Below are positions 28,718 through 39,353 of a DNA stretch of 39,941 nt, piece by piece. A model generated the notes under the pieces. It did no database searches. It was given only the letters and a program-made list of their open reading frames with translations, and was not told the DNA's origin. The number at the start of each line of letters is the position of its first letter. Position 1 is the stretch's first letter. A program made the position numbers and the translations under genes. Origin of the DNA: an uncultured Alphaproteobacteria bacterium (GTDB lineage Bacteria > Pseudomonadota > Alphaproteobacteria > Sneathiellales > Sneathiellaceae); the NCBI GenBank assembly GCA_937910835.1, contig CALEMG010000132.1, positions 1-39,941 on the forward strand. The letters run 5' to 3'.

Positions 28718-29419
28718 TCAGACGGAAATCCAATAACCTTCCGGCGACAGGCATGATTTCTCCACACTACTCGTCACGTGACCTCGATAGGATAACGTCT
28801 GCCTATATTGCTTACAGAGATTGCCTGATGCATCATATCCATCCCGAAGGATGACAATACTTCCGCTTCGGCCACCGTCGCGCCATCTGCTGACATGGCC
28901 GACAGGCGCGTCCAGCGCAGAGTATAAGGCCTGATGATGATGCGCAATCTGGCGCGATGTCAAATCGACTACAAAGCGCACATTGACGAATGGCCAGTAG
29001 TATCCCCGGTATGGGTGATAGCCATAATAGCGCGGCGCATGGGCAGGTTTTACTTAGACATATTTTGGCCGATACGACTTGTGATAAGGCTTCTTGTAGT
29101 AAGGTCTATGGTACGGCTTTACATAAACAACCTTCGGGGCGCGCCATTTTTGTGTCGCATGCTTTTTATGCGTCGCATGCAGTTTCGACGGCGGCGGCAC
29201 TTTTAGAACATGCTTTTTCTTTGAATGTTGTGGGCCGTAGGTAATGTTCCGTCCGGTATTCGGCTTATGTTTATGGCCCTTGCCATAGACTGTAGAGCCA
29301 TACCCTTTTGATCCCTTCGGCTCAGAGCCGTGTTTGTCGCTGTGCCAAGTATCAGCTTGCGCAACTGAAAAGCTACCGAACAGTATCATCCCAAGCAGGA
29401 GAATTCCGAGTTTTCGCAT
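28718..29419 (-). pseudogene. Secreted RT0821/Lpp0805-like protein, interrupted by in-frame TAA at 29054-29056
   Basis: The two track ORFs share a frame; signal peptide, basic low-complexity linker, C-terminal ..W...CKQYRQ...SC...G.W domain. Confidence 0.7.
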
Positions 29420-29499
29420 CTTCTCATTCCTTCCTCGTTGCCGACATATTAATTATACGTTCGACATTTTGGATTCCGTTGCACTATCTTACGTATTTT

Positions 29500-29514
29500 G
29501 TTCTTGTTTTGTTC
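29500..29514 (+). promoter_or_regulatory. Alphaproteobacterial LexA (SOS) box
   Basis: GTTC-TTGTTTT-GTTC, exact GTTC-N7-GTTC, 24 nt upstream of the radical SAM ATG. Confidence 0.8.
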
Positions 29515-29538
29515 TATAAAATTGAGTATTTTAACCAT

Positions 29539-30633
29539 ATGCAGGACAATCAGGTCATCCCGTTTGATAAAAACCGACGACACGGACGTGGCGCCACCGC
29601 CAACCCGGACGGCCGGTTTGAAGTTGCCGAACGGGATTTTATCGACGATGGTTGGGGAACCGCTGAGCCAGACGACACAGAACGGTTGAAAACGACTGTT
29701 ACAATGGAACGGCCAAAATCAATTCTCAGCCGAAATATGTCACCGGACCTTCCTTTTGACCGATCTGTTAACGCCTACCGCGGTTGTGAGCATGGGTGCG
29801 TCTATTGCTACGCTAGGCCGAGTCATGGCTATATGAACCTCTCTGCCGGCCTCGATTTTGAAAGCAAGCTGTTCGCCAAGCCGAATGCTGCGGAGTTGCT
29901 GGCGGCCGAAATATCCCGCCCCTCCTATCAATGCAAGCCCATCGCTCTCGGTACCAATACCGATCCTTATCAGCCAATCGAGAGAAAGCTTAAAATCACA
30001 CGAGAGATTATCGAACTGTTGGCCGAGACGAGACATCCCTTTACGATCACAACCAAGTCCGATCTTGTGCTGCGTGATCTGGATCTTCTGGCGCCGCTTG
30101 CAAAAGATAATCTTGTTTCCGTCGGCATATCGGTGACCACACTCGACAAAAGTCTCGCCCGCGTTATGGAGCCAAGAGCAAGCGCACCGCATAAGCGTCT
30201 CGCCGCGATCGAAGCTTTAAGCAAGGCAGGGATAAAGACATTAGTGCAGGCCTCCCCTATTATACCGGGCCTTAACGATCATGAACTTGAACGTATTTTG
30301 ATGGAATGCAGAGGCAAAGGCGCGGAAAGTGCGATTTATCTCCTCCTGCGGTTGCCGATGGACGTTGCCGGCCTCTTTGAGAACTGGCTTTGGGAAAATT
30401 TTCCGGACAGGGCCGCACGGGTGATGAAGCTTGTCCGCTCGACCCGGGGCGGGAAGAATTATGATGCGGAATTCGGAAAGCGCATGGTCGGAACCGGACC
30501 CTATGCGGCGCTTATCAACAAAAGGTTTCGTCTTGCCTGCCAGCAGCTCGGGCTTGAGGCCAGCAAGTATAATCTTGCAACTGATCTTTTCTTGAAACCC
30601 GGCCGCGACAAGCAACAAATGAATTTATTTTAG
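29539..30633 (+). CDS. PA0069/Rv2578c-family radical SAM protein
   Basis: HGRGA..N...RF, YRGCEHGCVYCYARPSH, GTNTDPYQPIE; start set at ATG 29539. Confidence 0.92.
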   Translation: MQDNQVIPFDKNRRHGRGATANPDGRFEVAERDFIDDGWGTAEPDDTERLKTTVTMERPKSILSRNMSPDLPFDRSVNAYRGCEHGCVYCYARPSHGYMNLSAGLDFESKLFAKPNAAELLAAEISRPSYQCKPIALGTNTDPYQPIERKLKITREIIELLAETRHPFTITTKSDLVLRDLDLLAPLAKDNLVSVGISVTTLDKSLARVMEPRASAPHKRLAAIEALSKAGIKTLVQASPIIPGLNDHELERILMECRGKGAESAIYLLLRLPMDVAGLFENWLWENFPDRAARVMKLVRSTRGGKNYDAEFGKRMVGTGPYAALINKRFRLACQQLGLEASKYNLATDLFLKPGRDKQQMNLF

Positions 30634-30659
30634 TGCGCAGCGCATGTTATTGAAGGGGC

Positions 30660-31277
30660 ATGAACCGCCCACTCCCTAAATCCCCAGACTTATCGTTTGA
30701 ATTACTTGAATCAGGGCGCGTTGCTGGCATTGATGAAGTTGGCCGCGGACCGTTCGCGGGCCCGGTGGTCGCGGCGGCGGTCATTCTTGACCAAAACAAT
30801 ATCCCAGATGGTATTCAGGACAGCAAAAAACTCTCAAAAGCGAAGCGCGAGGAACTTTTTTTAGCCATCCACGCTACTGCGGCTGTCGGCATCGGGGAAG
30901 CCAGTGTACAGGAGATTGACCGGCATAATATCCTGGAGGCGAGCCTGCTTGCCATGCGCCGCGCCATGGAAGCCCTTCCAACACGTCCAAACGCCGCCCT
31001 TGTCGATGGAAACAGGGACCCGAAACTCGGCCTACCGACGCGCCAGATCGTCAAAGGCGATGGCCGCTCTCTCTCCCTTGCGGCCGGCTCGATAGTGGCA
31101 AAAGTGACACGAGACCGGAAAATGTGCGCTCTTGCAGAAGTCTATCCGCAGTATGGATGGGAGAAAAACGCCGGATATGGCACGGCGGAACACCGCAAGG
31201 GATTGCGTGAATTCGGCATCACACCACAACATAGGCGAAGTTTCGCGCCCATACGCGCTCTCATCGGCAATGATTAA
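30660..31277 (+). CDS. rnhB: Ribonuclease HII
   Basis: GIDEVGRGPFAGPV, DSKKLS, VKGDG, AKVTRD, GYGT, HRRSF. Confidence 0.97.
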   Translation: MNRPLPKSPDLSFELLESGRVAGIDEVGRGPFAGPVVAAAVILDQNNIPDGIQDSKKLSKAKREELFLAIHATAAVGIGEASVQEIDRHNILEASLLAMRRAMEALPTRPNAALVDGNRDPKLGLPTRQIVKGDGRSLSLAAGSIVAKVTRDRKMCALAEVYPQYGWEKNAGYGTAEHRKGLREFGITPQHRRSFAPIRALIGND

Positions 31278-31381
31278 GCGAAAGTTCAGAATTATTCTCT
31301 AACATACTGATTCAACGAAATATATTGACGCAGAGAATCGAGCGAATCAGTATATTCGCAGTGAATAATTACAGAATAATT
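31274..31381 (+). promoter_or_regulatory. ccrM upstream region: CtrA-like box and three GANTC sites
   Basis: TTAA-N7-TTCA at 31274-31288; GANTC at 31309, 31335, 31344. Confidence 0.5.
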
Positions 31382-31384
31382 TGA

Positions 31385-32470
<1,086 letters not shown>

Positions 32471-32506
32471 GGGGTCTTGCGCCCCACCAATTTGGAAAGG
32501 GACGCA

Positions 32507-32923
32507 ATGAACAAACTTTTTTTAGCGATTGTCTTGGGCAGCACTCTGACTATGGCGATCAGTCTCCCTGCATTATCCTATGAAGAATCCCGTTTTCTTG
32601 GCATGGATAGAGATGCGGATGGCGCCATCTCACAGGCAGAAACGGAAGCCTATCGCGAGCGCCTGTTCAAGGAATATGATCTTAATTCCGACGGGAAGGT
32701 CGAGTATGAGGAGTATGTTCAGGCAGAAAGCCTCCGCTCCGTTACCGTGCCGGCCCACTCCGAAGTTCCCGTTCCTGATGAGTATAAAGAGATGGACACC
32801 AACGGGGACACAATTGTTACCTTGGAGGAAATCAAAGCCGCCGGTGTTATGCGTTTTAATAAGCTCGACAAAAACGCCGACGGGAAGGTATCGAAAGACG
32901 AATTCGTCAGTCCCGGTCTTTAA
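32507..32923 (+). CDS. Secreted EF-hand calcium-binding protein
   Basis: Signal peptide and four loops DRDADG, DLNSDG, DTNGDT, DKNADG. Confidence 0.85.
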   Translation: MNKLFLAIVLGSTLTMAISLPALSYEESRFLGMDRDADGAISQAETEAYRERLFKEYDLNSDGKVEYEEYVQAESLRSVTVPAHSEVPVPDEYKEMDTNGDTIVTLEEIKAAGVMRFNKLDKNADGKVSKDEFVSPGL

Positions 32924-33998
32924 TCACGGTCCGCGCAACCTTGGTCATCAGGGTTGGTAGGGCGTAGCGGCCAAACTCTTTCGGCTCAGCCCATTGACCG
33001 CGCGGCATAACGAACTTGTCCAATTCCTTGATTGAAATAACAACGGGCTGCAGTTCTAAATGGAAATGCGTGAAAGTATGACGAACCATAGCTTTCTCTG
33101 TGATTCGGTTCGCCCGCTTCTGAAAGTCGTTTGAGAAAAAGTTTTTGATAGCCGTCTCTACGGGAATTGTTTCCTCCTGCCACTCAGTTGAGGGAAACTC
33201 CATCATGCCTCCAAGCAGTCCTTTCTCCTCCCGTCGGCGCAGCAAAACAAAACCGTTGGGTCGCTCAAGCCAGAACACCACGGCACGCCGCGTTGGTTTT
33301 ACCTTCTTTGGCGCTTTTACCGGGAAGCGCTCCATATCCCCAGTCGCGCGGGCCGCGCAGAAATCGGACACGGGACACCCACCGCAACTCGGCGACCGCG
33401 GTGTGCATATGGTCGCCCCGATATCCATCAACGCCTGCGCGTAATCTCCGGCGCAGCGCTTTGGCGTTATCTCTGCCGCACGGATCGTTATCTCTTTTTT
33501 GGCCGCCGGAAGCGGCGTGTCGATGCGATAGAGACGGCTGACTATCCGCTCAATATTTCCATCAACAACAACTTCGGCCTTATCAAAGGCAATCGCCGAG
33601 ATCGCCGCGGCTGTATAGGGGCCAATGCCCGGAAGTGAAAGAAGCTGGTCCCGATCCTTCGGAAAATGCCCGTTAAATTCTTTGGATATGGTGATGGCAC
33701 ATTTATGGAGATTGCGTGCGCGAGCATAGTAACCAAGGCCTGCCCAAGCAGTGAGGATACCATCCAGCGGTGCCGCTGCCATGTCATGGACGGTTGGCCA
33801 AAGCGTCAGGAATTTATCAAAGTAAGGGCCAACGGTTACCACAGTCGTCTGCTGTAGCATGATCTCGCTCAACCAGACATGATAGGGGTCCGGACGCTCG
33901 CCGGGCGGACTTCGCCAGGGCAACCGGCGGGCGTGAATATCATACCAATTGAGGATGGCGGCAGAAAAAGGCTTTTGTGGCGGCTTTTGTTCGATCAT
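32907..33998 (-). CDS. mutY: A/G-specific adenine glycosylase
   Basis: WLSEIMLQQT, GLGYYARARNL, LPGIGPYTA, VDGN, Fe-S C-x6-C-x2-C-x5-C, HTFTHF; start set at ATG 33998. Confidence 0.95.
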   Translation of the reverse strand: MIEQKPPQKPFSAAILNWYDIHARRLPWRSPPGERPDPYHVWLSEIMLQQTTVVTVGPYFDKFLTLWPTVHDMAAAPLDGILTAWAGLGYYARARNLHKCAITISKEFNGHFPKDRDQLLSLPGIGPYTAAAISAIAFDKAEVVVDGNIERIVSRLYRIDTPLPAAKKEITIRAAEITPKRCAGDYAQALMDIGATICTPRSPSCGGCPVSDFCAARATGDMERFPVKAPKKVKPTRRAVVFWLERPNGFVLLRRREEKGLLGGMMEFPSTEWQEETIPVETAIKNFFSNDFQKRANRITEKAMVRHTFTHFHLELQPVVISIKELDKFVMPRGQWAEPKEFGRYALPTLMTKVARTVIKDRD

Positions 33999-34038
33999 AT
34001 TGCTACTCGTTATGGCGAAGTTTATATCCTGAGGCAAT

Positions 34039-34587
34039 GTGAAGTTTCCAGGATGGATAAGAGGCAAAGTGAGACAAGCAAAGGTAAGGGCCGGACCACG
34101 CGCGATCGCCAGCCTGATTGGAAAATCCTCAAAAGCGGCGCTGATCAAACGCGGCTTTGCTCAGGCTGATATCCTGACCCACTGGCCAGCCATTGTCGGA
34201 CCGAATCTCGCAAATTTTTCAAGCCCTGAGAAGCTCACCTATTCACGGCAAGGCAACAAGGATGCGACGCTTCGCATCCGGGTCGCGCCGGGCTGGGCCC
34301 CGGAATTTCAGCATTTTGAACCTCTGGTGATAGAGCGAATCAATAGCTTCTTCGGTTACAAGGCTATCTCCCGGCTACAATTGATCCAGGCGCCCGTGAA
34401 AAAGCCTGAAGTCAGGCAGGCGTCACTCCCCCTCCCCCTTACGGAATCCCAGAAAGTCTGGATCGAGACAATACTTTCCGATGTCACTGAGCCAGACCTG
34501 AAAAAACGATTGAAAAGCGTGGCCACATCAATGTTAAGCGCGAGAAACAAGACACAAAAACGTGATGACCTGGATGAGACCGATTAA
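34039..34587 (+). CDS. DUF721/DciA-family protein
   Basis: RGF...ILTHWPAIVG..LA, IERINSFFGY; usual position divergent from mutY. Confidence 0.85.
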   Translation: MKFPGWIRGKVRQAKVRAGPRAIASLIGKSSKAALIKRGFAQADILTHWPAIVGPNLANFSSPEKLTYSRQGNKDATLRIRVAPGWAPEFQHFEPLVIERINSFFGYKAISRLQLIQAPVKKPEVRQASLPLPLTESQKVWIETILSDVTEPDLKKRLKSVATSMLSARNKTQKRDDLDETD

Positions 34588-34654
34588 CCCCTACAAAATG
34601 CTTATTTTCCTATTATGTTGCAATAAATCACAGGAATCGTTTGAGGATTAAAGA

Positions 34655-35329
34655 ATGAAAAGTTATACTAACACCATATATAGTAGGAAAAATGACAAAT
34701 TGGCTATTTCTCGGCGACATTTTGTAGCAGCAGGCAGCTTCCTGCCTTTTGCGGCCACGGCTGCGACAGGAATTCTTGCGCCGCGCGAGGCGCAGGCTGC
34801 GAAACCGCAAATTCTGGAAAGTGACCATGTCCTCGGATTTCCGACGGCGCCCGTCACAATTATTGAATATGCATCGCTGACATGCGGCCATTGCGGCAAT
34901 TTCCACAATCATACATTTGGCGATATCAAGAAAGACTATATCGATACCGGCAAGGTGAAATTCGTTTATCGCCATTTTCCTCTCGACCGATTTGCCTTCA
35001 TTGCGGCGATTCTCTCGGAATGTGCCGGGGACGACAGCAAATTCTTCGAGATGATCGACGTTCTGTTTACTCAGCAGGAGGTCTGGACGCGACAGGAAGA
35101 TCCGGCCCTCGCCCTAATCGAGATTGGCGGAAATAATGGCGTCGCCTTGGAAGAGTTCGTGAATTGCCTGACCAATCAGGAGATGGTTGATGCAATCGCA
35201 TCCGAGAGCCTGATCGGCTCCTCCCAGTTTGGTGTCGATTCGACTCCGACACTCTTCATTCAGGGTGAAAAATACGAGCAGAGCAGAAGCTTTGAGGCTC
35301 TGGACAACTATTTAAAGACATTAACGTAG
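34655..35329 (+). CDS. DsbA-family thiol oxidoreductase with Tat-like signal
   Basis: SRRHFV, EYASLTCGHC, RHFPLD, STPT. Confidence 0.9.
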   Translation: MKSYTNTIYSRKNDKLAISRRHFVAAGSFLPFAATAATGILAPREAQAAKPQILESDHVLGFPTAPVTIIEYASLTCGHCGNFHNHTFGDIKKDYIDTGKVKFVYRHFPLDRFAFIAAILSECAGDDSKFFEMIDVLFTQQEVWTRQEDPALALIEIGGNNGVALEEFVNCLTNQEMVDAIASESLIGSSQFGVDSTPTLFIQGEKYEQSRSFEALDNYLKTLT

Positions 35330-35351
35330 ATTATCGGGCGATGGAGAGGCT

Positions 35352-38300
35352 GTGAAGTTTTCGCATTTACGACTGTCGGGTTTCAAATCCTTTGTGGAGC
35401 CGACGGAACTTCTGATTAAAGACGGCCTCACCGGAATTGTCGGCCCGAATGGCTGCGGCAAGTCAAATCTTGTCGAAGCCCTGACATGGGTGATGGGCGA
35501 AACCTCCGCACGAAACCTCCGCGGCGGTGCCATGGACGATGTGATTTTTGCCGGAACGACATCACGCCCCCCACGTAACGCGGCGGAAGTCACCCTTGGC
35601 CTAGATAATCGAGAGCGAACCGCCCCCGCCTCCTACAACGATTCGCCGGAGCTTGATGTCTCGCGCCGTATCCGGCGCGAAGCGGGATCGGATTATCGAA
35701 TCAATGGGAAAGTCGCCCGCGCTCGCGATGTACAGCTTCTATTCGCGGATCTTGCGACGGGCGCTCATTCCACAGCGATTGTCAGTCAAGGCCGCGTCGG
35801 TGCGCTTATCAATGCCAAGCCGAAAGAACGCCGGCATCTACTTGAGGAAGCCGCCGGAATCTCAGGATTACATTCCCGTCGGCATGAGGCGGAACTTCGC
35901 CTGAATTCAGCGGAGACCACCCTTGCGCGTGTTGACGATGTGATTGAACAGCTTGAAGTGCAACTCGGCAATCTGAAACGCCAGGCACGGCAGGCGAACC
36001 GCTATCGCAATATTTCGGGTCATATTCGCAAAACAGAAGCATTACTGCTCTTTCGCAAGCATCAGCAGGCGCAAGCAAAAGCAGCCGAAGCCCGAGAGAA
36101 ATATGAGCAGGCTGTCATGGCCGTTAACAAACTGACCCGGCAGGCGGCAGCGGCAGAATCGGCAACATTGCGCGCCAACGAGGCGCTAAAGCCTCTCCGC
36201 GATGCTGAGGCTGCAGCAGCCTCAGCAGTTCATCGCCTGACCGTCGCCCGTGAAAGTCTGGATGCGGAAGAAGAGCGAGCCAAACGGACTAAGCAACAGC
36301 TTGAAGACCGTAAAAGCCAGATCTCGCATGATATGGTCCGGGAGAAGGATCTCGAGAAAGATTCGGCGGAGGCAATTGCGCGTCTCGAAGAAGAGAAAAC
36401 AGCATTAAAAGAAGAGACTGAAACCGCGGGTCCGCGCGCGGAAGCTTTGCTAGCCAAGGTGAATGAAAAGGCAACCGCCCTTCAGGAGTTGCAATCTGCG
36501 TTCGATACGAAAACGGAAACAGTTGCCGCTGAACTTGCTGAACGCAACAGTCTTGTTCAACAGATTGAAACCGCTAAAACGCAGCTTGAAAAGATCAAGG
36601 CGCGGCTCGAAGAGCTTGATCGGGAAAAAGCGACGCTGCAAGAAAAAATAGAGGCGGATGGTGGTGGCGCCACCTCCTCCACCTCATTGCAAGAAAACAT
36701 CGCAGCGCTAAGCGATCTGAATACAGCATGTGATGAGGCCGAGATACTACGTCAGGCAGCAGATGGTGCTGAGCGGGAGGCACGGGAGAAAGTCAAGCTC
36801 GCCGAACGCGATGTCACCGCGCTAGAGACGGAGGAACGTACCCTCTCTCGCCTTCTGGAAAGTTCCGGAGATGGCGAATGGCCCGGTATTATCGAGGAAT
36901 TGACGGTTTCCAAAGGTTATGAAATTGCACTTGGCGCTGCGCTTGGTGACGAGTTGGAAGCCCCCGCCGATGACGCCGCTCCCGCATACTGGAAAACACT
37001 GGATGGCACTGCAATTTCCCAGGATTTCAAGGGCAGCACAGAGACGCTTGATCAATTTGTAAAAGGCCACCCGGCCCTCAAAGCCCGTCTCTCACAGATT
37101 GCCGTTATTGATGCCAAGGACGGCCCGGCGATGCAAGGTGCCTTGAAGCCCGGCCAGCGTCTTGTTACCAGGAATGGGGATCTCTGGCGCTGGGATGGTT
37201 TTATGCGCAAGGCAGGCGCGAAAACAACAGCCGCGGCCCGCCTTGAACAACGCAACCGCCTAGAGGAGATTGCAAAGGATCTCGCGAAGAAGCAGGATAT
37301 CCTGACCAACGTCACAAACGATCTGAAAGGATGCTCTGAGCTCCTCGGGAATGCCGCCGAAAAGGTGAAAGAGCTCCGGCGGCAGCAGCGGGAGCAGGAA
37401 CAGGAACTTTCCAAACAGCGGGCCGAAAACGCGGAGGAAATAAGGCAAAGCGCGGCACGCCAATCCCGCCTCACATCTCTGCAGGAGAATATTGCTGAAC
37501 TTTCCACAGAGAGCGAATCTCTCGCGGAAAGCCTCTCAGCAAAGCAGCTACTTCTGGACCGGTTGCCGGATACAGAAGGCAGCCGCAGCGAAATAGAGAC
37601 GTTACGGGCGGAACTTCATGAAAAACGTGATGAGCTCGCCGTACTGCGTAGCGAATCGGATCGCATGGAACGGGAAGCCGCCACCCGACGTGACCGCCTT
37701 GCCGCAATCGATAAAGAGATCATAAGCTGGATCGACCGCAACAAAAACATGGCAGCTCATTTTGTCCAGTTGGAGATGCGCTTCAAGGACACAGCAGAGG
37801 AACTCGCTGAAATCGAGAACAAGCCTGAAGAAATTGCGACCAAGCGCAACAACCTGATGGATGAAGTAGTCCGCGCCGAAGGGCGGAGAAATGGTGCTCG
37901 CGATAAGCTGGCCGATGCCGAATCGGTCCTTGCGGAATGTGATACCGCCCTTAAAAAATGTCAGGATGCACTGGCAACCTGCCGTGAGGAACGGGTACGC
38001 CATCAGGCCGATGTGGAGCATATGACGGAGGTCATGAAAGGACTCGCGGAGCAAACCCGAGAGAAACTGGAATGCTCTCCGGATCAGATCAAGGCCGCAG
38101 GCGGCATCGAAGAAGATGAGGAAATTCCCCCCGTTGAAGATAGCGAGCGCAAGCTGGAGCGGCTGAAGCGAGAGCGGGATAATATGGGGCCCGTCAACCT
38201 CCGTGCGGAAATTGAGGCCGAAGAAGTACAGGAGCAACTCACGACCCTGACGAATGAGCGCGAGGATCTGCTTGCTGCTATTGCCCGGCTTCGGCAAGGC

Positions 38301-38813
38301 ATCTCGGGCCTCAACCGCGAAGGTCGGGAGCGCCTGCTTGCAGCGTTCACCAAAGTTGACGAGCATTTTCAGCATCTCTTCAAGCAGGTATTCGGTGGCG
38401 GTCAGGCTCATCTGACCCTGACGGAATCAGATGATCCGCTCGCGGCGGGCCTAGAAATTATGGCGAGCCCTCCTGGCAAGAAACTCCAGCTCATGTCGCT
38501 GCTGTCTGGCGGAGAACAGGCGTTAACGGCGGTCGCACTTCTCTTCGCAGTTTTCCTGACCAACCCCGCGCCGATCTGCGTGCTCGACGAAGTGGATGCG
38601 CCGTTGGATGACGTCAATGTGGAACGTCTTTGCCATCTTTTGGATAGCCTTGCTCAACATTCTGACACCCGATTTCTGGTCGTTACCCACCACCCGATCA
38701 CAATGGCCCGCATGGATCGCCTGTTCGGCGTGACCATGGCAGAGCGGGGAATTTCACAACTTGTTTCCGTCGATCTGGAGCAAGCCAAGGAGATTACCGA
38801 AAACGCGGCTTAA
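35352..38813 (+). CDS. smc: Chromosome segregation protein SMC
   Basis: GFKSF, GPNGCGKSN, long coiled coils, LSGGE, LDEVDAPLD. Confidence 0.97.
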   Translation: MKFSHLRLSGFKSFVEPTELLIKDGLTGIVGPNGCGKSNLVEALTWVMGETSARNLRGGAMDDVIFAGTTSRPPRNAAEVTLGLDNRERTAPASYNDSPELDVSRRIRREAGSDYRINGKVARARDVQLLFADLATGAHSTAIVSQGRVGALINAKPKERRHLLEEAAGISGLHSRRHEAELRLNSAETTLARVDDVIEQLEVQLGNLKRQARQANRYRNISGHIRKTEALLLFRKHQQAQAKAAEAREKYEQAVMAVNKLTRQAAAAESATLRANEALKPLRDAEAAAASAVHRLTVARESLDAEEERAKRTKQQLEDRKSQISHDMVREKDLEKDSAEAIARLEEEKTALKEETETAGPRAEALLAKVNEKATALQELQSAFDTKTETVAAELAERNSLVQQIETAKTQLEKIKARLEELDREKATLQEKIEADGGGATSSTSLQENIAALSDLNTACDEAEILRQAADGAEREAREKVKLAERDVTALETEERTLSRLLESSGDGEWPGIIEELTVSKGYEIALGAALGDELEAPADDAAPAYWKTLDGTAISQDFKGSTETLDQFVKGHPALKARLSQIAVIDAKDGPAMQGALKPGQRLVTRNGDLWRWDGFMRKAGAKTTAAARLEQRNRLEEIAKDLAKKQDILTNVTNDLKGCSELLGNAAEKVKELRRQQREQEQELSKQRAENAEEIRQSAARQSRLTSLQENIAELSTESESLAESLSAKQLLLDRLPDTEGSRSEIETLRAELHEKRDELAVLRSESDRMEREAATRRDRLAAIDKEIISWIDRNKNMAAHFVQLEMRFKDTAEELAEIENKPEEIATKRNNLMDEVVRAEGRRNGARDKLADAESVLAECDTALKKCQDALATCREERVRHQADVEHMTEVMKGLAEQTREKLECSPDQIKAAGGIEEDEEIPPVEDSERKLERLKRERDNMGPVNLRAEIEAEEVQEQLTTLTNEREDLLAAIARLRQGISGLNREGRERLLAAFTKVDEHFQHLFKQVFGGGQAHLTLTESDDPLAAGLEIMASPPGKKLQLMSLLSGGEQALTAVALLFAVFLTNPAPICVLDEVDAPLDDVNVERLCHLLDSLAQHSDTRFLVVTHHPITMARMDRLFGVTMAERGISQLVSVDLEQAKEITENAA

Positions 38814-38973
38814 GGGTCTCTCCCCTTTCTTTTCGGCGATCACAATAAACATTCATGAATGTGGCGAAAAAGCCGCGCGTAGGGTCTTGACACTCCGGGG
38901 GGCAGACCGTATGTTTCCCGCGCTTTCTGTGGGGGTTGATGGACGGCATAATGCATTCCATCGGGAGACGCGA

Positions 38974-39291
38974 ATGAGTAAACCTGAACCCCCCTCGAAA
39001 GAAGAATTTAGAGCTCGGCTGAAAAAGGCGCAGCAGCAACAGGAGCAGGCTTCCTGGAACCGCAGCGAATTAAAAGTCGAGCAAAACAGTGCGGCCGGCA
39101 GGGCATGGCGACTATCCGTTGAGATGGTTGCTGCGTTGCTGGTTTGCGGCTGGATTGGTTGGTTGCTCGACAAGTGGTTGGACACGAAGCCTTGGTTAAT
39201 GCTGGTATTTTTGATTGTCGGTGCCGTTGTTGGTCTATACAACGTTATTAAAGTCGGCAAGCGCATGAATGACAGCGCGAATGAGGAATAG
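38974..39291 (+). CDS. atpI: AtpZ/AtpI-family membrane protein
   Basis: Two TM helices with GWLLDKWLDTKPW; GGAG upstream of ATG 38974; precedes atpB. Confidence 0.85.
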   Translation: MSKPEPPSKEEFRARLKKAQQQQEQASWNRSELKVEQNSAAGRAWRLSVEMVAALLVCGWIGWLLDKWLDTKPWLMLVFLIVGAVVGLYNVIKVGKRMNDSANEE

Positions 39292-39353
39292 ATATCCGGT
39301 AAGTGGCTGGATATTCTGGAACAAGTTGAAACAGTTAAGACGGGAACAGCATC

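Noticed and set aside
10445-29056. Stop-codon reassignment or programmed readthrough explaining the three internal stops
   Set aside because: TAA would need to encode two different residues, and TAA/TAG end many ordinary genes here at expected positions.
29308-29538. Long N-terminal extension of the radical SAM ORF (likewise for mutY, TPR, atpI)
   Set aside because: Extensions overlap divergent genes or promoter motifs and are not family-like; downstream starts fit better.
37602-38411. 269-aa minus-strand ORF
   Set aside because: Antisense shadow of smc.
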